Source: an uncultured virus (IMG/VR IMGVR_UViG_3300048576_000363)
Lineage: Duplodnaviria; Heunggongvirae; Uroviricota; Caudoviricetes
Length of the DNA stretch: 64,000 nt
Direction: 5' to 3' (one strand)
Virus record (IMG/VR): IMGVR_UViG_3300048576_000363
Span: 62,001 to 126,000 of that record
Shown here in pieces: positions 55,107-63,229 of the stretch (its first letter is position 1; each line of letters begins with the position of its first letter). Both the position numbers and the translations under genes were made by a program. The notes under the pieces are model-generated. The model did no database searches. It saw only the letters and a list, made by a program, of their open reading frames with translations, and was not told where the DNA came from.

Positions 55107-57794
55107 TTATTTTAAAGCACTTCTATTATCTACTAGAACTTTATTATACAAAAATTCACCTAAAACTTCTTCAGCTATACGAGGTCGTCTTTTAAAATCT
55201 GAAATTGTTTTTATTCCTTCTTCAAATAACTTACGTACTCTTACACCACCAATACCTTTTAAAAGACAAAGCTCTGTTTGCTCGTTTGTTATTTCATATT
55301 CAATTCTTAATTGTAATCTATTCCAAAACTCAAACTTGTTCCAATGTGAATACATTTTATCGATCATTTCTAGAGCTGAACACATTCTTTCTGAATCGAA
55401 TTTCACTTGTCTTTTTTGATGTTCAGCAATTTCCTCTGAAAAAGAAAGGCATCCGTGAAATAAAACACCAATTGATGCACAAGCTTCTGATATAACTAAA
55501 TTCCTGTTTCGACATGATGTAACAAATCCTTTAACAAGATCTTGCATATCGCGTCCAGCAAAATTGTCACTATTATCAGGAATATTTGACAATGCCCAAC
55601 TTATCGAATAGTCGTCAAGTCTATCCTCAGCAAACAATCTATTAAAATTAAAATACCATCCAGCAATAGTATATGGGCTATAGTATAAATAAGCAGCAAC
55701 TTTCCCGAGTTTAGTTACACTATACTTGTTTGCTATTTTCTCTATAACTTTTATTTTTTCAAGTTTTGTAAGAAGCTCTTCAGCGTCAACTCGATCTAAA
55801 TAATTAGATTGAAAAGCAGCAAGACTTCTATTATACCATTCCATTAAAGTAGTAATATCATAAACTTCACCTTCAGAAATCTCTGAAATTATGTGAAAAG
55901 CAAGCACATTTGGATCGTTCATTGTAGACATAATGGGTGGAATATTTTGACACCAATTTTTATACCGCGTAAATTTTGTTTGAGGAAGAAGAACATGAGC
56001 ATCACCTCTTGGGTCTAAACCAACACGCCCAGCTCTTCCAACCATTTGTTTTATGTCTAAAGGTTCAACTTCACTTATACCTCTATGCACTCCTACTACA
56101 ATACATCTTCTTGCAGGCAAATTTATTCCCCAAGCAAGCGTAGATGTTGCAACTATAATTCTTACACCATCTTTTTCTTTAAAAGCATTAGGAATTCTAA
56201 CTCTATCTTCAAGAGTGAGTTCTGAACTGTGAAGTTCTACTTTCTCGTTCATTTGTTTAAGCTTATTAAAAATGACTTTGCCCATATTTTTTGAATGGAC
56301 AAACACAATAAATTTATCTTCTTTGAATTGCTGCGTAATTTCTACAGCTCTATTTACTTTATTTGTTTCAACAGCTTGATATTTTCCATAATCATCATAT
56401 TGCTCATAATGAATATCTAAAATACAAGGCCTGTAGTTAGAATTTATAAGTTCAGATTTTTTTCCATTTAAACTAGAAAGCCATCTTGAAAGTTCATCGA
56501 CATTTTGCATTGTTGCTGATAAAAAAACAATTCTACAAGAAGGATTTTGTTTTGTAAAACGCATTATAGCACTTTCAGCTTTATCACCTCTACCTTTAAT
56601 GCATAAAAGGTGTGCTTCATCTTGAACTATAGTTCCTGCTTCTAAAAGCCAACTATTCGATTCAATTGTTATACGACGTGTTCTGCTATCTAGCATTTCT
56701 GTCGTCATAATTATTATATTTGCATCATTAAGTTCTTTAACTCTTTCTTCAGTTAATTGATAGTCTCCTGTAACAATGCTTATGTTTAGTTTACTCCAAT
56801 CATGTTTTGGATCAGTCCAATCTTGATATTTTTCTTGAGAAACAGCTTTTAAAGGTGATAGAAAAATAGCTTTTCTACCATTCGCAATAGAATCAGACAT
56901 AAACATTTCTGCAACAGTTGTTTTTCCTGCTGAAGTAGATGCTGCAACTACGCAATTAACATCCTTATTGTAATATTGAAAAACTTCAGATTGTACTGGA
57001 TTAAAATTTTCAAATTTGAATTTCATGTGCGGGAAACTTGAAGTTTTCACTATCTCAATTTGTTTAGTTGGTGCTGCCGGTGCTTCAGCTTCTTTTTTTT
57101 GTTGTTCTTTTTTTACTTGAGGCATTTCAAATTCAAGTTTAAGTTGTGGTTCGTCTTCAATTCCTTGGCCATAAATCTCAACATCTCTTACTTCACGAAC
57201 ACCTTTGCACCCTGTTTTGAAAAAATTAGAACACCCATAAAATTCACCTTTTCTACCTGAGCGTTTTTGCATCAATGCATCACATTCAGGACAATGAACA
57301 ATTTCATTTTGTGATTCAGAAGTTAAAGCTGTTTTTGAATGAAATTCGCCAAACAAATTCATTGTAGATTTGCAAGTAGGATATGAAAGACAACCATAAA
57401 ATGGTCCCTTTGTACCTTCTCTTAAAACCATTGCACTATTGCATGTCTTACATATTTCTATTTTTTTGACTTCTTGTTTAAGTTCATCAAGTTTTTCTTT
57501 AAGACGTTCTCTCCAATTTGTCATTCTGTGAGTTCTTTTTGCTTTGTCAATTGTTTTTTGACTTATAAAATCAACAAGAACACATCTTATAGCATCTTCA
57601 CCAATCAATCTTGAAGAATTTACGAATTTATCTATTGATGAATAAATTCGAATATTGATAGTAGGTTTTTCTGTAGGAATCTCATATATAAGTTCATTTG
57701 CATTTTGCTGTTCAAAAACTGTAGGAACTTTTGATGAATATGAAGTAAGAAAACTTTCAAAATCTTTTATTGAAATCGTCACAAATTCAGACAT
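55107..57794 (-). CDS. Ski2/Hel308-like SF2 helicase with N-terminal domain and two topoisomerase-type C4 zinc ribbons
   Basis: TSAGKT, DEAH, LSAT, TSTLAWGINLPA, QMVGRAGR, C-terminal HhH (LKGIG); CKTC..FYGC..YPTC and CPEC..FYGCSNF. Confidence 0.85.
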   Translation of the reverse strand: MSEFVTISIKDFESFLTSYSSKVPTVFEQQNANELIYEIPTEKPTINIRIYSSIDKFVNSSRLIGEDAIRCVLVDFISQKTIDKAKRTHRMTNWRERLKEKLDELKQEVKKIEICKTCNSAMVLREGTKGPFYGCLSYPTCKSTMNLFGEFHSKTALTSESQNEIVHCPECDALMQKRSGRKGEFYGCSNFFKTGCKGVREVRDVEIYGQGIEDEPQLKLEFEMPQVKKEQQKKEAEAPAAPTKQIEIVKTSSFPHMKFKFENFNPVQSEVFQYYNKDVNCVVAASTSAGKTTVAEMFMSDSIANGRKAIFLSPLKAVSQEKYQDWTDPKHDWSKLNISIVTGDYQLTEERVKELNDANIIIMTTEMLDSRTRRITIESNSWLLEAGTIVQDEAHLLCIKGRGDKAESAIMRFTKQNPSCRIVFLSATMQNVDELSRWLSSLNGKKSELINSNYRPCILDIHYEQYDDYGKYQAVETNKVNRAVEITQQFKEDKFIVFVHSKNMGKVIFNKLKQMNEKVELHSSELTLEDRVRIPNAFKEKDGVRIIVATSTLAWGINLPARRCIVVGVHRGISEVEPLDIKQMVGRAGRVGLDPRGDAHVLLPQTKFTRYKNWCQNIPPIMSTMNDPNVLAFHIISEISEGEVYDITTLMEWYNRSLAAFQSNYLDRVDAEELLTKLEKIKVIEKIANKYSVTKLGKVAAYLYYSPYTIAGWYFNFNRLFAEDRLDDYSISWALSNIPDNSDNFAGRDMQDLVKGFVTSCRNRNLVISEACASIGVLFHGCLSFSEEIAEHQKRQVKFDSERMCSALEMIDKMYSHWNKFEFWNRLQLRIEYEITNEQTELCLLKGIGGVRVRKLFEEGIKTISDFKRRPRIAEEVLGEFLYNKVLVDNRSALK

Positions 57795-57854
57795 AATATT
57801 TCTCCTTGAGGTATTATATCTTAAAAACTGTCTAATAAAGCCAATTATAAAAAC

Positions 57855-57885
57855 AAAAAAGGGCTTAGATATTCATCTAAACCCT
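57855..57885 (-). terminator. Intrinsic terminator
   Basis: Minus strand AGGGTTTAGAT-GAAT-ATCTAAGCCCT-TTTTT. Confidence 0.75.
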
Positions 57886-57906
57886 ATAAACTTTATTTTG
57901 AGAAAA

Positions 57907-58434
57907 TTAATTTTGTTCTTTTTCCTGTTTTTCTTTCTCGAGTGTGCCTTGCGTACCAAAAGTATTATACAATCTACGTTCAGTAGTTAAAAGACGTTTG
58001 AATGCAGGTATACCATTGACAACACCAAAGTTTAAAATCTCTTTTAAAAGTTTTACAGCTGGGTATCTATCAACAGCAGTATATCTCATCAAAATTCTTT
58101 TAAGATCCATAATTGTTTGAGCAACATCTTTAGGGACTACCTGTTCGTCTTTTTTTCCTTGTTCAAGAGTAAGTAAAATTGCATTTCTTGCTTTTTTCAA
58201 TCTTGGATTATCAAAAAGCGGATTTAATTTTGCAAAAATTTTATCATTACCCTTAGGTTGTAAAAATTTCCTAATGAATGTTACATAAGCTTGAATTTCT
58301 TTTCCTATTCTCTTCTTTTCTTTATCATCAATAAGAATTTCATCTTTTGGATCTTGTTCTGGATTCTCAACTTCAGCTACAAGTTGTCTTGCAGTTTTTT
58401 TGATTTCATTCGCAAACAAAAATAAATCATTCAT
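57907..58434 (-). CDS. Putative internal head protein (leader FANEIKKTARQLVAE)
   Basis: Shared leader; AAGGAG SD. Confidence 0.55.
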   Translation of the reverse strand: MNDLFLFANEIKKTARQLVAEVENPEQDPKDEILIDDKEKKRIGKEIQAYVTFIRKFLQPKGNDKIFAKLNPLFDNPRLKKARNAILLTLEQGKKDEQVVPKDVAQTIMDLKRILMRYTAVDRYPAVKLLKEILNFGVVNGIPAFKRLLTTERRLYNTFGTQGTLEKEKQEKEQN

Positions 58435-58693
58435 GTATTATCTCCTTTGAAATTTTCTCATACTCAATTAAAATTTTTTCTTGAATTGTTTTTCTAAACT
58501 CTGTATTAAGGGGATGAACTAAATCTTTGAATTTCTCTCCAGATCGTTTAGAAGGCATTGCTACAAAAATACCTTTTACTCCATCTAAAACTTTAATCCC
58601 GTGAATGACAAGCATGTCATCAAAAGTTATGCTTACAAAAGCTTTGACTTTTTTGTCATTAGAAGGAGAGACACGTACTTCAGTTATTTCCAT
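58427..58693 (-). CDS. spoVG: SpoVG family nucleic-acid-binding protein
   Basis: MEITEVRV..KAFVSITFDD..VIHGIKV..G.FVAMPSKR..FKD.VHPLN..R..IQ. Confidence 0.9.
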   Translation of the reverse strand: MEITEVRVSPSNDKKVKAFVSITFDDMLVIHGIKVLDGVKGIFVAMPSKRSGEKFKDLVHPLNTEFRKTIQEKILIEYEKISKEIIHE

Positions 58694-58726
58694 AACCAAG
58701 AGTGTTTAAATAAATACTTTAGAAAA

Positions 58727-59257
58727 CTAGATACTAAAACCTGTAATAAGAGTTTCGCCCGTATGTTTGTTAATACGATACTCTCGTTTGTAGATAGGTA
58801 GTGAAAAAAGCTTTGAACCTCGTTCTGTGAGATAAATAACTTCTTGATTACTTGAACCTTTCCATTGAGATTCACATTTCTTGTCAATGTCAAAAGGTCC
58901 TGAACAAAGAAAGTCAATAGAAGACAAGATATCTTTATATTTTGTTGATATTATGTCATATGAATAACCTGAGCATAAAAAAATATCTTTATATGCAAAA
59001 ACTCTTTTTGTTAGCTCTAAAACAGAATCAAATTGGTCTAAAGGTTCACCACCAGTAATTGTCAAACTAAGATCTGATTTTATGATTTGTGATGCAAGAG
59101 AATCTATATCTTGAAGATATCCAGCAGAAAAATCCCAAGTATCAATATTTATGCAGTTTTTGCAATGAATACTACAGCCCTGTACCCATACAGTAAAACG
59201 TTCACCAGGACCTTGGACTTTACTTTTCTCAATAATATGGTTTAATCTTAAATTCAT
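58727..59257 (-). CDS. nrdG: NrdG-like radical SAM activating enzyme
   Basis: GPGER..VWVQGCSIHCKNC.N, ITGGEPLDQ, GSSNQ. Confidence 0.75.
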   Translation of the reverse strand: MNLRLNHIIEKSKVQGPGERFTVWVQGCSIHCKNCINIDTWDFSAGYLQDIDSLASQIIKSDLSLTITGGEPLDQFDSVLELTKRVFAYKDIFLCSGYSYDIISTKYKDILSSIDFLCSGPFDIDKKCESQWKGSSNQEVIYLTERGSKLFSLPIYKREYRINKHTGETLITGFSI

Positions 59258-59554
59258 TTACTCTAAAAAACTATCAACTATTTTTATTATCTCTTCAATT
59301 AATTCTTTTTTCTTCATTGTTTTTGTAAAATCTTTTTCAGAAGTTTTTGTTCCTGGCAAAACAGATTTTACAACTTCATAATTACTTTTCTTTTTCCAAA
59401 CATCGAGAGTCATTGAACTATTTGATAAAGAAAAACATGGTTCTTCGATATGGCTAGATTTAGAAGATAAAATTTGTTCAGCAATAAAAGATTCAAAATC
59501 AGAATCATTCATTGCATGAAGTTCTTCTGCGATTTTCTTTATGTTTTTTTTCAT
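59258..59554 (-). CDS. Putative internal head protein (leader KKIAEELHA)
   Basis: Shared leader; ATGA coupling. Confidence 0.5.
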   Translation of the reverse strand: MKKNIKKIAEELHAMNDSDFESFIAEQILSSKSSHIEEPCFSLSNSSMTLDVWKKKSNYEVVKSVLPGTKTSEKDFTKTMKKKELIEEIIKIVDSFLE

Positions 59555-59931
59555 ATTTTTTCAACTTTACTTAAAGGCACTTCATCCATAACAGAAATTG
59601 CATTTGACTGAACATGTGCTTCAACATTAGCTAAAGTCTGATCTGGTAAAATTACATCAAACCAAACTTTCACTCTATCTTCTGTTCTGTCAGGTATGAT
59701 TTCTTTAACGACTCCTTCAGAATTCATAGCCAATGCGCCATAAGTTTCTATTAACCTAACCCTATCATTAACTGCTATTTCTATATCATAAATATAATCT
59801 GATGAATCAATATTTAAACAAACAGGTTGGTCGAGGACAGTAAATTGAATTGTGCCTCGACCATCAGACTCAATGACAAGTTTAGCAGAATTTACGAGTA
59901 TAGAAATCGGGTCGTTTAAAAGAACATTCAT
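59551..59931 (-). CDS. Hypothetical protein with SH3-like C-terminus
   Basis: NDRVRL..EGVVKEI..VKVWFD; ATGA coupling. Confidence 0.55.
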   Translation of the reverse strand: MNVLLNDPISILVNSAKLVIESDGRGTIQFTVLDQPVCLNIDSSDYIYDIEIAVNDRVRLIETYGALAMNSEGVVKEIIPDRTEDRVKVWFDVILPDQTLANVEAHVQSNAISVMDEVPLSKVEKI

Positions 59932-60155
59932 CTCCTTGAACCAGGTCTTCTTTCACCATCAGCAATGCTCAGGTTCTTTTCTCTCTGACCACCAATAACA
60001 CCCATATTGTAAGTGAAAACCATATTCACAGTTTCAACAATATGTCCAGGTGTCAACGGTACACTCGTTAAGCGACCACCCTGGTCGTTAATTTCGTACA
60101 GATCTTTTGGTGTTGCTACTCCTGCATCAAACATGATTTTTTGTTTAATACCCAT
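59928..60155 (-). CDS. Hypothetical protein
   Basis: AAGGAGG SD; exact motif copy 50 nt upstream. Confidence 0.65.
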   Translation of the reverse strand: MGIKQKIMFDAGVATPKDLYEINDQGGRLTSVPLTPGHIVETVNMVFTYNMGVIGGQREKNLSIADGERRPGSRR

Positions 60156-60204
60156 TTTATTCCTCCTTAAAGTTTTTTTGTCAAGACTTTTAAAGAAGAT
60201 ATAG

Positions 60205-60220
60205 ATAAAAACTATAGAAA
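60205..60220 (-). promoter_or_regulatory. Candidate late-promoter motif (exact copy 3)
   Basis: ATAAAAACTATAGAAA on the + strand; overlaps the stop of the upstream gene. Confidence 0.55.
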
Positions 60221-60913
60221 ATTACTTTCTTTTGTAACTAAATCTATAAGAACTTTCATGTTTCCTGTTTTTATATTTTTCAAAAATCTTTTTTCTTTCT
60301 CTAAACGCTCTTCTGATTTTAACCAAATCTTATCTAAAATAATAAAATCATTATGTTTTAAAAAAGAAACCATACCAATATTTGTACAATCATGTTCTAT
60401 AACATAACATAAAAGTTTTGCATTGTCTTTTTTACATTCATAAAATAAATGTTTTTTAGAAACAAAAAACTCTTGATTGCAAAACTTAAAAGACTTAATT
60501 CCTGCACCATTGATTTTCACTTCTTCATTAGATAAATTTCTTGAAATATCAATTGCTTGCATTATAAAAAAGTCGTAAATGTTTCTGTTAAATTCTATTT
60601 CATTTGAGATTTTGATTAGACGCATACTTTCTAAAATAGAACTGCAATGCGTACAAGAACATAAATGCGTTAAAACAAGGTCTTTTTGATACTGAGGCAT
60701 ATAATCTAATTGTTTTTCTTTATTATCTGAATCAACAATTAGCATTTCTAAATATGGTTTTGTTATGTGTTTGTGCTCAAAAATATTTGAAATTAGCTCA
60801 GATTTACTTGCACATACTGGACAAACAAAAACAAACGTTTGTATATCTTCAAACCAAAAATTATCATCGACATTGTATATAGATAAAGGTAAATCACATT
60901 GTTTGCATTTCAT
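60212..60913 (-). CDS. Zn-ribbon protein with a zf-HC2 (anti-sigma-like) HxxxCxxC motif
   Basis: CKQC..CPVC, then HITKPYLEMLIVD..VLTHLCSCTHC; start placed at MKC. Confidence 0.5.
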   Translation of the reverse strand: MKCKQCDLPLSIYNVDDNFWFEDIQTFVFVCPVCASKSELISNIFEHKHITKPYLEMLIVDSDNKEKQLDYMPQYQKDLVLTHLCSCTHCSSILESMRLIKISNEIEFNRNIYDFFIMQAIDISRNLSNEEVKINGAGIKSFKFCNQEFFVSKKHLFYECKKDNAKLLCYVIEHDCTNIGMVSFLKHNDFIILDKIWLKSEERLEKEKRFLKNIKTGNMKVLIDLVTKESNFL

Positions 60914-61607
60914 CTTTACCCCGAATACCATATTTTTTACTGAGAGAATCTTTTACATTTTTTGCTTCACTCGTTGTTGTTTTTTGAAATTCAATCAATG
61001 AAACAGGTCTTCTTTCTTTGGGTCTTGTGTGACTCGAACCGCAACCTTGATTATGATATTTTATTGCTTTTTCTATGTTTGATGTTGCACCAACATAGAA
61101 TGTCTCGTCTTTACACTTTAAAACAAAAACAAAAAAGTCATTTTCAGAGAAACAATCGCTAGACATTACATTACTTATTGTATTTTGTTCTATTGAAGGT
61201 GTAATTACTTCTGAGTTTTGAATTGTTTCTGGCATTAAAGGTAGTTGTTGAATAGTTTCAACTTCTGAAGTTTGTTGTATTGTTACTAAAGTAGAAACTT
61301 GTTCAAGAGGTTTTGTGTCTAATTCTGTCTGTTGTGAGACAGGTATAGTTGTAGGTGTAGTAATACCAACATCTTGGAAAATTGAAACAAACTCAGTTTC
61401 TTTTGTTTGCGAATTGTTTTTTGCTAAACCATGAAGTTCAGCTTGAATTCCTAAAATTTTCGCACATTTCGAGCAAAGAAAAGTAGTGTTATTCACTTTA
61501 AGAATAGAGTTACCTATATCGTTTTGTTTGTATGCTTCTTGACATCCCCTTGTACAATAAACATATTTCTTTATTTGATCACCGTCTCTATAAAAATATT
61601 TTCTCAT
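60894..61607 (-). CDS. Zn-finger + T/Q-rich linker + GIY-YIG (UPF0213-like) domain, probably catalytically degenerate
   Basis: FVFVLKCKDETFYVGATSNIEKAIKYHNQG.GS.HT..RRPV; ATGA-coupled start at 61607. Confidence 0.65.
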   Translation of the reverse strand: MRKYFYRDGDQIKKYVYCTRGCQEAYKQNDIGNSILKVNNTTFLCSKCAKILGIQAELHGLAKNNSQTKETEFVSIFQDVGITTPTTIPVSQQTELDTKPLEQVSTLVTIQQTSEVETIQQLPLMPETIQNSEVITPSIEQNTISNVMSSDCFSENDFFVFVLKCKDETFYVGATSNIEKAIKYHNQGCGSSHTRPKERRPVSLIEFQKTTTSEAKNVKDSLSKKYGIRGKDEMQTM

Positions 61608-62530
61608 AATTTGATTAATGTGGAAACTGAATTCCAAGCTTTCTGTTTAAGAAGTAATGCGCTCCCCCAAAATAAAGACTCAAGATGGTTTGAGACTCTT
61701 TCTAAATTATCTTTACCTTTTGACAACCTTTCGTAATCTATAAAATTAACAATAGAATTGAACCATGCCCAAGCAGAATCTGCTGATGATGGGAATGTAG
61801 TAATTTCTTTTTCGTATTGTGTTTTTATTTTTTCAAAAGTGTTTTTAGTTCTTGTAGAATCAAAACTGTAATTTTCAAAACTATTTGAAAGAAATAAATC
61901 TACTTTTTTTGTGCTAAATTTCGATTTATATAAATTGTTCACTGCATCTTCAAATTTTTCATAAAAAATTTCTGATAATTTAAAAATCTTTGAAGCTTCA
62001 TCTATTCTTGTTTTGACATTTCCTACATGACGCATTTGAATTCCCTGTTCAACTCTTTTTCCGAAAGAAATATTCAATGCTGTCTCAGTTTTTGAACGTA
62101 AGGGAAAAAAATACGCTCTAATTGCACCTCTCCCATCATGAGCATTTGAAAATAAAATAAATTTTTGTATTGTATCGTTTGAAGGAAGTGAAATATCTTT
62201 GTTTAGTTTTAAAAGCAACCAAATTTTTTCACCTTTGCCTATATAACCAGCAGCATAAAATGTAGCATCACCTCGTTGAACTATATGATCTAAAAACGAA
62301 AAAACTTGCGTATTTTGAATACTTTTATATGTTGATGTTACAATACCTAAAGGTTGATTTGTATCTTTTCTTACTATTGCAACTTTTCCGTCTATAACCT
62401 GACCATCTACAATTTGAATTTGTCGTGATTCGACTTCCCAAGAAAGATTTGCTTTTTGCATTGCTGCTAACGAAGTTTTTGTTGTTTTAGGAACAAAACT
62501 CCCAAAATTATACCAAATTTTTTTACTCAC
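61604..62530 (-). CDS. DUF932/DUF945 phage-plasmid protein
   Basis: ANLSWEV..VRKDTN..LGIV...Y..IQN..F..GEKIW..NAHDG..MRH..SAWAWFN...F.DY. Confidence 0.8.
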   Translation of the reverse strand: MSKKIWYNFGSFVPKTTKTSLAAMQKANLSWEVESRQIQIVDGQVIDGKVAIVRKDTNQPLGIVTSTYKSIQNTQVFSFLDHIVQRGDATFYAAGYIGKGEKIWLLLKLNKDISLPSNDTIQKFILFSNAHDGRGAIRAYFFPLRSKTETALNISFGKRVEQGIQMRHVGNVKTRIDEASKIFKLSEIFYEKFEDAVNNLYKSKFSTKKVDLFLSNSFENYSFDSTRTKNTFEKIKTQYEKEITTFPSSADSAWAWFNSIVNFIDYERLSKGKDNLERVSNHLESLFWGSALLLKQKAWNSVSTLIKL

Positions 62531-62642
62531 TGTTGGTCCTTTTCTAACTATTTATATCTAAAACTATCTTTATATCGTACTATTTTTTTAAACAACCAAC
62601 AGATAATAAACGTACAACTAAAATACCAACAAGTGTTTTTTA

Positions 62643-62780
62643 TTATTCCCGAGATTCTTCGTCATCAAAATGTTCTTCAGAATCAAAACACAAACCATCT
62701 TCTGTTGTTCCAAACTTTTTTTCATCTTCATCGAAATCATCATCAAAAAGAAACTTATAAATATCATCTTCTTCTAACAT
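62643..62780 (-). CDS. Very acidic 45-aa protein
   Basis: Read by hand: MLEEDDIYKFLFDDDFDEDEKKFGTTEDGLCFDSEEHFDDEESRE*; AAGGAGG SD. Confidence 0.7.
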   Translation of the reverse strand: MLEEDDIYKFLFDDDFDEDEKKFGTTEDGLCFDSEEHFDDEESRE

Positions 62781-62833
62781 AAACATACCTCCTTAAAAAA
62801 AAGATATAAAGTATAGAAAAATCTAGCCACTGA

Positions 62834-62862
62834 TAGACAAAATTTTGCATTGTGTTTATTAT
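62834..62862 (+). promoter_or_regulatory. Possible sigma70-type promoter for the rightward genes
   Basis: TAGACA-17 nt-TATTAT in the divergent intergenic region. Confidence 0.35.
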
Positions 62863-62909
62863 TGTCTTAATTTAAAATTAATTGATATTAGATTTCATAA
62901 AGAGATAAA

Positions 62910-63191
62910 ATGACACAGATTAATAATGTAAAAGATATCAGTGTTTCTTCATTTAAAACATCTTGCTGCTTCACAGGCGCGCTCCTTGACGATTCTCTAG
63001 AGCAAAAGCTAATACCAATAAAAAAACGTTTAGTAAAACGAGCTTTACGTCAATATAAAACAATTTCAGCATGTACACCAATTTGCTTTCAAGTTTATGA
63101 ACAAAAACTTTTGTTCTGGTTCAATAGCAACGAAACCACAAAAACTCTTTCTCAATCAATTAACGAATCTATCGCTATTTCGACTTATTAA
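62910..63191 (+). CDS. Hypothetical protein
   Basis: ORF track; start of a + strand block. Confidence 0.55.
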   Translation: MTQINNVKDISVSSFKTSCCFTGALLDDSLEQKLIPIKKRLVKRALRQYKTISACTPICFQVYEQKLLFWFNSNETTKTLSQSINESIAISTY

Positions 63192-63229
63192 AAATAGAAA
63201 CTTGATTAAAAAAGTTTTAAAATTAAAAC

